Position numbers and translations under genes: made by a program | Source: Monocercomonoides exilis PA203 | Taxonomy: Eukaryota > Protista > Preaxostyla | Length of the DNA: 64,000 nucleotides | Direction of reading: 5' to 3' | Assembly (NCBI GenBank): GCA_001643675.2 | Contig: LSRY02000046.1 | Span: 62,001 to 126,000, forward strand | The notes under the pieces: model-generated | Database searches by the model: none | What the model was told of the DNA's origin: nothing | Seen by the model: only the letters and a program-made list of their open reading frames with translations | In this document: positions 10,283 through 25,721 of the stretch, in pieces | Layout of the letters: each line of letters opens with the position of its first letter | Numbering within the stretch: the stretch's first letter is position 1

Positions 10283-12913
10283 ATGAATGATTTCTCTACA
10301 AAATTTCTATTAAAACTCAAGCAACGGGATGGAAATAACCTGTGTGCTGATTGTGGTGCAAAAAGTTTGATTCATACACTAATTTTCAAAATATATATTT
10401 ATTCTATTCATTTTCCAATGCACAAAATATTAATATTATATAAAATTACAGATCCAACGTGGGCATCTGCAAATTTAGGAATATTTATTTGTTATAAATG
10501 TAGCGGCCATCATCGCCATTTGGGCGTTCAACATTCATTTGTTCGTTCTGTAAATTTAGATTCGTGGGATCAATCTCAGTTGAAAAGGATGGAAGAAGTG
10601 GGAAACATTAAATCTAACTTATATTGGGAAGCTGAGTTGCCATCTTCTTTTATCAGAAATCTTAATGCTGAAGAACAAAGGCAATTTATATATGATAAAT
10701 ATGTAAATAAAAAATGGGTTAGAAGCCAACAATTTGATAATTCTGAGGCTCAGATTGCAAAAGAACAATTCTATAGTAAAAATTATCCTTCCATTAAGGA
10801 TCAAGAATCAACAGAATTAAGCAATTTTACGTTGTCTGAGGAGCAAAACATCGAAGCTAATCAAAACATTACTCCTTTGCCTCAACAACGGTCTCCATTT
10901 GAAACTTTATCAAGTCATTCTTTGATGTCTCAAACACAGCCCCAACAATCCGTTGCACATCAAACATCTTCTTTATCGCAAGATCTTCTTTCACTTTTTA
11001 TAACGCCCGCATCAACATCAATGTACGCACCTGTGAATGTATCTAAAGCGGAGGAGTCACGAACAGAATGCTCTAAAGAATCCATTTCTCAACAAAATTC
11101 ACAAATCAACAGTAGCTCTGATCAAGATCCGTTTGGGTTTTTATCATATCCCATTCCAAATGGACAAGCTCAAGGGAACTGTACAACATCTACTGCGCAA
11201 CAGCAAGCTCCAACACCAGACAGCGCTAGAGTTGCATCCACCCCTCCACTAATATCACCTCCCTCTCCATTTAATTCTCAACTGGTTTTTTCACCTTTCT
11301 TTTCTCCATGCTCTCAGCTGTCACCTTGCCTGAATACATCTGCCATGCCATCTGCAACCACATCAGTTCCAATGAACACAAACTCCTCACTTGTGTCATC
11401 ATCCCCTCCTCCTATTCTCCCATCATCTGTTAATACTGCAAGCCCATTTTCCTCTCTTTGTGCATCAAATGCTACTGCGATTGAAGCTCTTTCATCTTCC
11501 CCGTCTGCTTCAGATGCAAACAGCACTAAAAACACCGCTATCATTTCAAGCATTCCATCATCAAACACTTCTGCTTATTCTAATAACAATGTGTATTTAA
11601 GCTCTCCATTCGACAAGATTCAAACATCAAATCCTTTGTCCTCTTCTCCATTGTGCTCTGATAGAAACCAAACTCAGCCAAACACTTCAGACACGACATC
11701 ATTCTCAATAGATGCTTCTCTGAAGGGACAGTCTCCCAATTCCTCTTTTGACACATCGAGTGCTTCTCTGGCAGCAGCAGCGTCGGCTGTCTTCGGATCG
11801 CCCTTTCCAAATGCAGCAGATGCAGCCACAGTCACAAATACAGCTGGCTTCTCTCCTCCGCCTTCATCCTCTGCACATTCTCTGACTGGCAGCGACCACT
11901 CGTTCACTTCGCCTCCTCTTCAGACATCTTCCTCAAGCGCATTTCATCTGCCTTCTTCGCCTTCATTCATCCAGTCTACTTCTGCTGCTTCAAATGCTCC
12001 AAATAATTCCTCAGGCAGCTCTGCTCTTTTTGGAGATGTTGCATCTGTTCCTTCATCTTCTGCCTCTTTTTCGTCTGATTCCAATTCGAATTGTACTTCA
12101 GCCTCTTCTTCTGTCTCCACCACAAACAACACATCACCTTCTTCATTTGATTCCTCTCATAATCTTGCTCAGCAGATTTCATTGCTTCCTTTGTCTTCTC
12201 AATGCTCTCCCTCTCTTCTCCACCACAACACGAGTTCTGCTCATTCTCCTTCTCATCTCTCACACTCTTCAACAAACCTCATCACATCTGACTCAGCAAA
12301 CGATAATTTGCTCCTTTTGGATACTCAGCCAGCACATCCTTTTTCACTAACAACATCTGCTGCACCATCAACATCAACGTCTTCTTCTTCCTCCTCTTCT
12401 TCCTCTTCCTCCTCTTCCTCCTCTTCATCAACTTCTTCTTCATTTACGGCCTCAAATTTAGGCTCCATTTCACCGAGTTCGATTTCTCCGTCTTCTTCAT
12501 TTGCACCTGTCTCATCGTCTATCATGGCCTTCTTCAGGCAGCCAATCATCCAACCAAAAGCTCATCATTTTATTCCTGCCCCTTCTCCTCCTCTGCCTCA
12601 GTCACCTCAGCCTCTTATTCTGTCTCCCCTTCCTTCCTCCATCACATCTTCTACTTTTCCTGTTGTTTCATCATCATCATCTTCTTCTTCCTCCTCTTCC
12701 TCCTCCTCTTCTTCTTCTTCTTCCATTTCTTGTTCCACTCCCACTGCTTCCAACACACCTGCTGCTGCTCTCTCTGCCCTGGCTGCCCATCGCTACTCTT
12801 CATTCCCACAGGCCACTCTCTGTGACTGCTCTTTTGCTTCCACACAGGCAAAGATCTTCAAGAAAAAACAGGAAGAGCCTGACCCTTTCCACGAGATAGC
12901 TGAATTGTATTGA
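10283..12913 (+). CDS. ArfGAP (SMAP/AGFG-like) with long Ser/Pro-rich tail; intron 10365-10451
   Basis: After removing an 87-nt GT-AG intron it reads [32 protein letters not shown]...VRSVNLDSW, the CX2CX16CX2CX4R ArfGAP zinc finger. Two DPF motifs occur in the tail. Confidence 0.92.
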   Translation: [876 protein letters not shown]

Positions 12914-13843
12914 TTTTTCTTCTCTCGCTGTTTGCATATCACTGTCTTGCATATTTTGTTTTTGTTTGTGAAGTCCAATAAATTTTGCGTTGTTGTTTGA
13001 AATACGAGCAGAATTACAAAGATAAGATTGCTCGTTGAAGACAAACTTTATGAGCTTGTTCTTTTTTTTATTTCTTACAAAAATTCAAAAAATTTAAAGA
13101 ATAAACGAAAAGAATTTTGCTTGAAACCATTCTTATTTTCCTTTTAGAATGAACTCTTGTTGATTAATTATTTATTCTCTTGATGCATTTTATTTGCAAA
13201 TACAATGGAAATTTTTTGTTGGAAAAAAAAGTGAGCCTAATTTTCAGGCTTATCATTGAAAGAAACAAATCAAAGAAAAAAAGAGTAAGCCATCTGATGG
13301 TCAGTTTGTCAAAGGAGCGAAAAAATTAAATGAAACCCTTTCCATTACAAATGAATACTTTCGAAAAACAAATTTTGCTTTAATTATTCGTTTTGCATCC
13401 TTTCGGATGAGGACAATTGTTTTGAATTCAAAATTATTTTGAGTCTTTCTGGCAAGCAAAATGAAAGCTCTCTACCATCTTCAATCTTTTCATTTGCATA
13501 AACACATCTTTTCACTCTTTTGCAAAAGAAAATTTAGTATTCCATTCTTTTTGGGTTATTGGCAATTATGCAGTTTCTTTAAATAATATTTGAAATTGAT
13601 TGAAATAGTTTGTCAACTGAAATTGTTAAGAAAACGAAACGGAAAGTGTTCAATATTTACCACCGTTCTTTTATCAAAAACATATTTGCAACTTCAATAA
13701 AAAATTAACAATAATCATTTTGTAACTATTTTTTTCGGAAATTGATGTGTTTTCACTTTTTTTTATTTGATTTCATAATCGTTAATTTAGGGTGCGATCA
13801 GAAAAATATCCTTTTTACATATTGACGCATTAACGGACTCATC

Positions 13844-16858
<3,015 letters not shown>

Positions 16859-17057
16859 GTGCTTTTCTTGGCGTGAATGAACGATTTGCCGCACTTTGAA
16901 GGAGCAGCCGAAAAAGTGCGCAAAGAGAAGAGAATGCTTCAGACACCTTCATTCTTGTTGGCTCACTTCAAATGCTCTTCCCACATCACTGTATGTTCTC
17001 TTAATGCTCACTACCCCTTCCAAAAGACTTACGCATCACTTCCATTCCTTCCTTCGT

Positions 17058-17131
17058 TTTCTCCTTCCACTTTCTCCTTCCACTTTCTCCTTCCACTTTC
17101 TCCTTCCACTTTCTCCTTCCACTTTCTCCTT
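17058..17131 (+). repeat. 13-bp minisatellite (TTTCTCCTTCCAC) x5 plus a partial copy
   Basis: Five exact tandem copies downstream of the Yak1 stop. Confidence 0.85.
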
Positions 17132-18961
17132 CTCCTTCTCTTTTTGCTTCTGCTTCACTTTTGCTTTCACTTAAAAGTTATAAAAAGTATGAACATGATA
17201 TGTCATAATTATTATTAACATTAAGTTGCTTATTTCTATCTTTCAATATCTCTTTATGCAGATTGCTGGCTTATTTTCAACTTTCTCGCAAATGGTATGT
17301 AGTCTTTCTATTTAAATACAACGATTATCTGCTTTTGCACCGGCAATTTGTTGATTATTGCTGTGTTTATTTGGAGGTTTCTACACTTCTCGTACAGCCA
17401 TCCATATCTCTTTCCTGTTCAGCTTCTATTTTTCATTTTGTGTCTTATCTTTTTTTGAAAAAGTCTTTTTGAAAAAAATATTTCTTGTGATGCCTTTTTT
17501 TTGGTAAGTAGCAGATTTCTCCTTTTTCGCGTGTCTGTCGTCATGTTTTTGTTATCATTGTTTGGCACAATGTTTCTGTTCTTCATGTCACCATAATCTT
17601 CATCTGCCTTGTAAATACTTCGTTAAGCAATCATTTGTTTCTTGTGATGCTGTTTCTTTGTCTGCCTTTGTATGTTTGTTTGATAAATCTTTGGTTCTAT
17701 TCGTTTCTTGCATTTGGGCACATTTTGGGTTGATATTCTTCTATCAAACACTTTTATCTGGTCTTCAATTCTATCTTTTCCTTTTTCTTTATCTTTTCCT
17801 TTTCCTTTTCCTTCTTTGAACATTTTTCATTTTTTTCCTTATTTCTTTCACTAATTGCATATGTGTACTTTGTACCATTTAACGCAACCGTATTTGATTT
17901 CGCTGTCCTGTTATATTTCTTTTCTTCTCTTTCTTCTTTGTAAGAATTTTTTTTCCTGTTTTATGAAAATTGAATGAAGTCTTCGATGGACATCATGTTC
18001 TTTTGGAAACATACTTTTTAAAATTAAAGGAAATTGTTTGTTAATAAAAAAGCTTTCCTTTCTTTTCATCTTTCTTCTCTAAACTTATCTCCTTCTAACA
18101 AAGTTTAGCCTCTGTTGAAACAACTTAATTATCTCTCTTGCACATATTTTCCAGACTTTCTGTTAAAATTTTGGAATTATCACCTTTTTTAATTGAGTTG
18201 TTATGGATTTGCATTCTTTTTTGGATGCTGATTGTTTTCATTTTCATTTTCACTTATATTTTTGAACGATTTGTTGTTATTCATTAAGTTTTGTTTTGTC
18301 TGTTTTTTTCTTTTTCTGGTTTTTGATAAACCAAATAAGAGAATTAAAAAAAAATTGTGACGAAATTATACAAAGAAGTATTTCTCTACCATTCAATAGA
18401 AATTTAACTGGACATTAACCAACTTTCAAAAAAGAAAGTACAAAATTTGTCTTTAAAGAGATTATACACTGTAAAAATGTTTTTGTCACCACTTAACCAT
18501 TTTGCACCAATTGACAAATTATTCTCCAATGCTTGTAATTTTTAGAATTTTTATGACAATAAAAATAAATGTTGATATCATTCACAGCTTTCATAAAAAA
18601 CGATTATTAAAGATTATTTCCAAATCTTTTGGATCAAAAACTCATTTCCAATGAATAAAAAAAACTCTTTCATCTGCATCAAAACAGTCATTTAAAATAT
18701 ATTTTTGTTTTTTTGCAATAAATGATAAAAAAATTGCTGAAATGGAAGTAATTCCAACAATGCTGAATCATACGGATCAATTGGCTTGGATTATGAAGAT
18801 CCAACGATAAAAGCTTCTTTACTGATGGAATGAATGAAATGCGTTGAAGTTTCACAAATGGGCAATTTAAATTGAATATGTTGTATTTTTGGAATTATTA
18901 TTTCCAGTAGACTTCAATGGATCATTTTGAGTGTGTTTTCTTCTTTTGATAAATTACTCGT

Positions 18962-21019
18962 TCAAGAAACGCATTCATCTTCTTGCTTGCTAAGTGTGTT
19001 CAAATCTTCAATAATAGCTTCGTAATCTTCGTTCTCCGCTTCAGATAGCATTTTTAGCCAAAACTCGCTAATAGTTTTCTTTTCCCAATAATCTCTGTAT
19101 CCCTCTGCAAGATCATTCAAAGTCACGTTCTTCTTTCCTTCTTTGATTGCCTTTCTTGTCACCTGCATTCTAATCTCATCAAACATCTTTCGTTCTTCGT
19201 TTGTTTCTCTCGCCATCAAAACACTCTTAACAAATGCACACAAGTCATCGCCAGCACAAAACACTATTTCTGATTCCAATGAACCTGAAGTCATCTGCCT
19301 CAGAATAGAGTCACTTGCATAGCCAAGCGATCCTCCAAATCGAGTAAAGCAGCTTTTGTGATGCTTTGGAACATAATCAGATGGAAATGGTTTTGTTGCA
19401 ATATCTGTTGATAATTCGGAGCACATCGCATAATCAATTAGAATTAGGCGAACTGGATTGTCAACGCTTTCACTTTCAATCAGAATATCATTTTTTGAGC
19501 TTAGTTCTTCCTCTCCTTCTCTGTTTGTGAAATCTTTACCTGGAACTTCAATCCAATTTCCAGGCCTGACATCTCCATGCACATATCCTATCTGATGAAG
19601 CATTTTCAATTGAAAGACAATGTCTGGGAGCGAGCGATAAGCGGCTCTTGAAAAGGGAACACGCACAGGTGATCCAACAGGAAAAGTGGCAAGCACACGT
19701 TCAGCATCGTTGAATCCCACCAAGCTGAGAAATGGGAGAGACAAGACCATCTGAGATAGTTTATGCTCACCTTCAACTGATTGTGATGTTGCACTGCGAA
19801 TGAAAGTGCAGATATTCATAAGGACTGTTTTCTCTTTCAAATAGTCACCTGTTCGCTCGTGGTAAAATTTCTTCCTTGCAACACAACATGGAAAGCATGG
19901 GCTCTTGCTCGTAAAAACTGTTGAAATTTCTGAAGGTTGAATAGCGGAAGAAGTTTCAGTGATTTTTGTTTCATGATGCAATATGCCTTCTCCGTGTATT
20001 TCTTCAATAGCACACTCTTCCACAGCACCAGATGTTCCATATCCAAGAATCTTTTTTTTAGAAATCCATCGAATTCTTTCCGGAACGTAATTCTCATCGT
20101 CTTCTTTGTCATTTCTTTTAATTGCTTTAAATAAATAATTTTTGTTTTCTTGCCATTTCTCAAAAGTGCACATTAAAGTATCATCTGCATCAATGCCAAA
20201 CCATTCATCATCGTGCTGTAGAAACCAAAGCAATTTTTTCATGTCTTTTGAACAATCTTGTTGGGTATCTACCGATATGTAGCTGTATTCTGCTTCTTTG
20301 TAAGTCACGTCTTGTGCAATCTCTTTGTGTAATTCTCTGGAAAATAATTGACTATTCATTTCATCTTCAGTTCCACAAGAATCATTAAAAACTATTATGC
20401 ATTCGCCTTTTCGATCTCTGGCACAGCCCATGATTCCAAAATTAAAACCCTTTGTTATCAATGCGAATATGTGTGGCCTCATTGGTTGCTGTTTCATTAC
20501 AAATAGCAATAAATGCGAAATCGTTCTGAATATTTCCCATTCAACATCCTGAAATCCAAAAAGCTTCACATGTTTTGTCCATAACTTTTTGTTTGTCACT
20601 GATTTTGATATTAACGTATCGTCTGTAGAAATGAATTTTTCTGCCTCGCTTTTAATATTAATCAAGATGAATGTAAGATTATCTAAAGAAGAGTCATTCC
20701 CATGATAAGCGTATTCAACATCAACAGTACGCAAAAGTGTTGGGTTAAAAAAAGTGCTTGTCAGATTATCGAGTTTTTTGCTGGATCTTCCAGATCTTTG
20801 GCTCATAATAAGTGACCACATAAAATTCAATTTTTCTTCATTCACTGTTTCGAAAACAGAAAAAATTGAAAAGGATTTTATTTCTCTGAAGAACTGCTCT
20901 ATAACGCATTCATGATTTGCAAACATGTCACTGTAAATTTTGAAGCGTGTTTCTATTAATTCCGTATCTTTGGTTTTCATTATAGTTTCGTTTTCCTCTT
21001 GATTAACATAAGAACTCAT
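18962..21019 (-). CDS. Atypical kinase of FunK1/Crinkler(CR)-kinase type with a putative upstream REase-like domain
   Basis: Kinase motifs are LGYGTSGAV, HGDVRPGN, LIDYA, GSLGYAS and DDLCAF. The upstream 'INIKSE...QQPMRPHIFALITKG' resembles the REase-like module that precedes such kinases. The frame stays open upstream to a splice acceptor near 21105, so the true start may lie further 5'. Confidence 0.7.
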   Translation of the reverse strand: MSSYVNQEENETIMKTKDTELIETRFKIYSDMFANHECVIEQFFREIKSFSIFSVFETVNEEKLNFMWSLIMSQRSGRSSKKLDNLTSTFFNPTLLRTVDVEYAYHGNDSSLDNLTFILINIKSEAEKFISTDDTLISKSVTNKKLWTKHVKLFGFQDVEWEIFRTISHLLLFVMKQQPMRPHIFALITKGFNFGIMGCARDRKGECIIVFNDSCGTEDEMNSQLFSRELHKEIAQDVTYKEAEYSYISVDTQQDCSKDMKKLLWFLQHDDEWFGIDADDTLMCTFEKWQENKNYLFKAIKRNDKEDDENYVPERIRWISKKKILGYGTSGAVEECAIEEIHGEGILHHETKITETSSAIQPSEISTVFTSKSPCFPCCVARKKFYHERTGDYLKEKTVLMNICTFIRSATSQSVEGEHKLSQMVLSLPFLSLVGFNDAERVLATFPVGSPVRVPFSRAAYRSLPDIVFQLKMLHQIGYVHGDVRPGNWIEVPGKDFTNREGEEELSSKNDILIESESVDNPVRLILIDYAMCSELSTDIATKPFPSDYVPKHHKSCFTRFGGSLGYASDSILRQMTSGSLESEIVFCAGDDLCAFVKSVLMARETNEERKMFDEIRMQVTRKAIKEGKKNVTLNDLAEGYRDYWEKKTISEFWLKMLSEAENEDYEAIIEDLNTLSKQEDECVS

Positions 21020-21974
21020 CCTCGAGAAATGCTTAAAAACATCAATGAATTTAATTGTAATTTTCAGTTCATCTTTAAAAAGTAAAGGATTCTTACAAAT
21101 CGTAGCTAAATAAAGTTAACCAAAATTTTAGAATATTAAAATTTTACAAATAATTAATTCTTTTAAATATAAGCGCTGTTATAATACTTTCTTTCTGAAA
21201 CATCTTCCAATTTAAATAAATCAATTCTCTTTTAACAATTAGTTATGCTTCAACAATTATTTCATTATATTATATAATGGTTTAAAATATAACTTTTATG
21301 AAACAATTGATTTTCTTCAAAATCTTTCCAAAACGACAGAAAGTCAAAATGGTGATGACTTGTGATTATAAAACGGTTTCAAATAGTATTTTTTGAACAA
21401 TTGTTCAATTGACAAATGTGGTCAAATTTCAGTCACAAATTATTTTGTGAAAAATATATTAATGTTTTGACACGTAAAAATGAGTATTCGATGAATGTTT
21501 CATGGAACATGATCATTTCAAAGTCTTGGCTGGCAAGCTCCTATGTCTATTTGTTTGAACAATACATTGAACTATTCTCCTGCTCCTTTAAAAAATTATA
21601 ATAATAATAATAATTAATAAGATGTTGTTATCCAATCTGACGATAATATCTTTATGTGATATATCCATACCATGGCCATTGAATTTCCATCATTATTGCC
21701 TTATGCAATTTATGTTTCATTCACTCGTGTGTGTCTGAGTTGATATAAAGAATCCACTGCGTTACTATGGTTTCATAGCGATTATTGTTAGGTTCTTTTT
21801 CATGCTTTATCCATTCTGGTATTTTTTTTTGTGTAGATCAAATTTCTTGTCTTTGTCCTTCCGTGTTTGTTTGCGGTTGAAAGATCATGTTTCGTTTAAT
21901 TCAATGTATCGTTTTGGATTTCTTCTTAACAGCTCATAAATCCAAAATCATAGCAAAATCTGACATGCTTGGTA

Positions 21975-23887
21975 CCATTGGTAGAAAACCCGGTAGTTAG
22001 TGGAAAACCCGGTAGTTGGCTATTCATAATTGTCAATTTTTTCAACGTTGAAGTCATCTCAATTAATTTAAAACATTTTTATTTTTGTTTTGAAAGGTGT
22101 TTGTGATAAAATATTTAATGATTGCAGAAAAAACTTTTCGAAATTTGGAGAGAAAATTATTGACTTTCATTTGATCAAAACCATTAAAATATGAAAAGCA
22201 TGCCAAAAACTCAGCTACAGCGTGTAGTTCATGTCTGCCAATAATATTTCATTAAGCAATTAATAACAAATTATATTTCTCTTACTATACATCAATTTTT
22301 TTAGTGAACGAGCACACAAGCTACATGTTTTGATTGGAGCGTGCTTTTTGGTTGCAGGCTTTCCAAAAGAAAGGTTACGGTTTGTTATTTTTTTGTACTA
22401 TGTTTATTTTTTTTATAATTTGCGATGTAATTAATTAAATTCATTAAAAGAAAATGTTAATAGCAGCATTTATCAACACAATTATTTTTTTAGTTTATTG
22501 TTTTAAATCTGTGCAATGCATGCGTGGCACTTTGTTTTTATGTTATTTATACAAAATACTAACTATTATTTAATTTTTGATGTGTACAAATGCTTTTTCA
22601 ATGAAAATTTTATAATATATTATTTATAATAATTTGCTCGATTCTTTTTATATTCAATAGTTTATCTTGCGCCATTTTTAAAGTTTCTTGTATTTTTCAC
22701 AGTATATTATGCGTGTCAGCCTTTTTCTTTGAAATTCTTTTTTGTCACATTAATAGAAGATAAGTATATTTGTTTCATTTATTAGCATATTTTTTCTTTG
22801 ATAATATGTATACTTTTATCTACTAATTTGTTGTGGGTATTGAAATAATTATTATTGAAATGAACTTCAGAAACAATTTCTTAAGTTGTTCATTGTTAAG
22901 AATTTTCATTCATTGATTCGATTTTTAAGAAAAATGAGATATCTTTTATAAGTCATTTATAAGCGTAATTTATTAAAATATAAATACACACAATTCGTGT
23001 TATAATACAAACATTAAATGACATAACAAATTTTGAAAAATATATTGATGTTTAAATCAATAAAAGAAAAAATATGCTAATAAATGAAACAAATATACTT
23101 ATCTTCTATTAATGTGACAAAAAAGAATTTCAAAGAAAAAGGCTGACACGCATAATATACTGTGAAAAATACAAGAAACTTTAAAAATGGCGCAAGATAA
23201 ACTATTGAATATAAAAAGAATCGAGCAAATTATTATAAATAATATATTATAAAATTTTCATTGAAAAAGCATTTGTACACATCAAAAATTAAATAATAGT
23301 TAGTATTTTGTATAAATAACATAAAAACAAAGTGCCACGCATGCATTGCACAGATTTAAAACAATAAACTAAAAAAATAATTGTGTTGATAAATGCTGCT
23401 ATTGACATTTTCTTTTAATGAATTTAATTAATTACATCGCAAATTATAAAAAAAATAAACATAGTACAAAAAAATAACAAACCGTAACCTTTCTTTTGGA
23501 AAGCCTGCAACCAAAAAGCACGCTCCAATCAAAACATGTAGCTTGTGTGCTCGTTCACTAAAAAAATTGATGTATAGTAAGAGAAATATAATTTGTTATT
23601 AATTGCTTAATGAAATATTATTGGCAGACATGAACTACACGCTGTAGCTGAGTTTTTGGCATGCTTTTCATATTTTAATGGTTTTGATCAAATGAAAGTC
23701 AATAATTTTCTCTCCAAATTTCGAAAAGTTTTTTCTGCAATCATTAAATATTTTATCACAAACACCTTTCAAAACAAAAATAAAAATGTTTTAAATTAAT
23801 TGAGATGACTTCAACGTTGAAAAAATTGACAATTATGAATAGCCAACTACCGGGTTTTCCACTAACTACCGGGTTTTCTACCAATGG
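21975..23887. mobile_element. Foldback-type non-autonomous DNA transposon, 1913 bp, 825-bp TIRs
   Basis: 21975-22799 is the reverse complement of 23063-23887, with no net indel and one mismatch noticed. The spacer is 263 bp and TA flanks both ends. GAAAACCCGGTAGTT occurs twice at each terminus. No ORF of 60 aa or more. Confidence 0.9.
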
Positions 23888-25637
23888 TATTTGATGGAAT
23901 GGAGTTGAGAAGGAAATTTTTTTGCATCTGTCAACTTCGGTTCTTGTTAGTCTTTCGTAACGCTTTATTCATATTTATTTGAATTATGAAAAGATAGTTA
24001 TTAAAGATTGTCATTTTATTCATTTGAAATGAGAAATTGAAAGTTTTGAATTATTGTATGAGTTTTTATCGATTCTGGAATAACCCAATTGTACACATTG
24101 AGTTTTGTGGGGACGGGGAAAATGGTTGTTGCATGTTTTTTCAATATTCAATTGAATCAAGCATATAAAGAAAGAAAGAAAGAGAAAGAGAAAGGGAAAA
24201 AAAGTTCATATAGAAAGGAGAAAACATCCGAGCATGAACATTTGAGATGTGATCAAAGATGTTTTTATTCTTGTTCGATAATTTTTTAGTTGAAAGATTG
24301 ATACCTTTTATTTTCTCTTTTATTTCTCAGTGCATTCTAATTATTGCATCTCAAGTCACTTCTTTGAATCTTTTGTTTATCATCTTTCAAAAGCAATTAT
24401 GATCTCTTCTTTGCATTCTCTGTTTTCATCAAGGTGTTGATATTCATCATTTTTGAAAAAGGTATTTATCACAATTTCAATTCAGTGCCTTTTGTTAAAC
24501 TATCAAGGGTTGTATCACAAAACAGATTTATTGTTTGTATTTTATCTGTGTGGATGCTTTTTTCATTTCCATGGTGAACATTGTTTAAAAGAGAATGCTT
24601 TGTTATTTAGTGAGGTTATATTGCACCATGCCGAAAAAATCAAAAGAAGATGACTCTTTCGAAATTTTGAGTTCAGAAATGAACTTGATTCCCGCGTATT
24701 CGCTTTCAATTGATATATTTCTTCTTTTAATTCGGAATGGAAATTATCTTCATCAAAAATGTTCCTCTTGATTGTTATTGTGAACTGTCTTGTTGATTGA
24801 AAGAAAAAGTGATGAGTATTTTTTGTTGGAGATTGCGGGATCAATTTTCTGTTTAACACCATGCAAAAATGGATATGATTTAACGGGAAAAATTCGTTCT
24901 AATTATTTTATAGGTTCGAAACAGATTAATAAGCACAAAAAGAAGTAACGATATTAATTGATAAATGGGATAGAATACCTTTTCTTTTCATCAAAAATCT
25001 TCTTCAATTGATTTCGGTAATTGAGTTTGTTTGCTTTTTCTTTATTAACAGAAAGAAGTTCTTTGAAGTGAATTATTGACATTTTCATCTCTCTCTTTTT
25101 GAAATTTTCCTAAAATGATTGCGAGCAAATGAAATGTTTTTTCGAAGGCAAATGGAACTTGCGAAAAAAATGTTTATGGTTTTTCTAAAAACAGTTTTGT
25201 TGCGATACAGCAAAACCATTCGTGTTAATTTTCAGGTTAGTCTTCAAAACTCTCACTCCACTCTTCTTATGAGTATCGTTTTTTTCAACTTTACAGAATT
25301 GAATGAAACAAAAAAAAGAAGGGGGGCCTTGCAATTTGAAAGACCAATCTTCAAAACCGTTGGGATTAAAATTGAAACATTTATAGCCTATTTGTGTGCA
25401 TAATGGGGATGTATAAAAGAAAACAAGAAGAACTTAAGATATACGTTGAAATAAAAGAGGTCAATTGAAAGCATTATTTGAATTGAAGAAGATTGAAATT
25501 TCATGCAGTCTTTCATATAATGTGAAAAATTGAATACATTGTTCAAGTGCAATATCTTGATGGTGTTGAAAATGCGTGCTTTGAAAATTAGGTAAGATTC
25601 AAGAGAGCTGGTACCAAAAATTCAATAAAAAATTAGC

Positions 25638-25721
25638 AAAAAATAAATAGGGTCTAGTGGGAATTGAACCCATACCCTAGCACAATGGTCGGACATCAAC
25701 CAACCACTAGACCATTATCGC
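25638..25721 (-). ncRNA. tRNA-like putative Pol III transcript inside the Merlin element
   Basis: A box TGGTCTAGTGG (25714-25704) and B box GGTTCAATTCC (25670-25660) are 33 nt apart, as in tRNA genes. There is a T-arm-like hairpin TGGG-TTCAATT-CCCA and a T6 run at 25643-25638. No canonical cloverleaf. Confidence 0.55.

Noticed and set aside
17058-17131. CRISPR-like array
   Set aside because: Contiguous 13-bp tandem repeats without spacers, in a eukaryotic context.
24089-25403. Possible minus-strand gene fragments between the foldback and Merlin elements
   Set aside because: No recognisable motif or consistent exon chain. May be a decayed gene but I cannot support a call.
25650-25721. Functional tRNA or ochre-suppressor tRNA for the transposase TAA
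   Set aside because: The acceptor and anticodon stems do not pair in tRNA register and there is no UUA anticodon loop. Kept only as a tRNA-like cassette.
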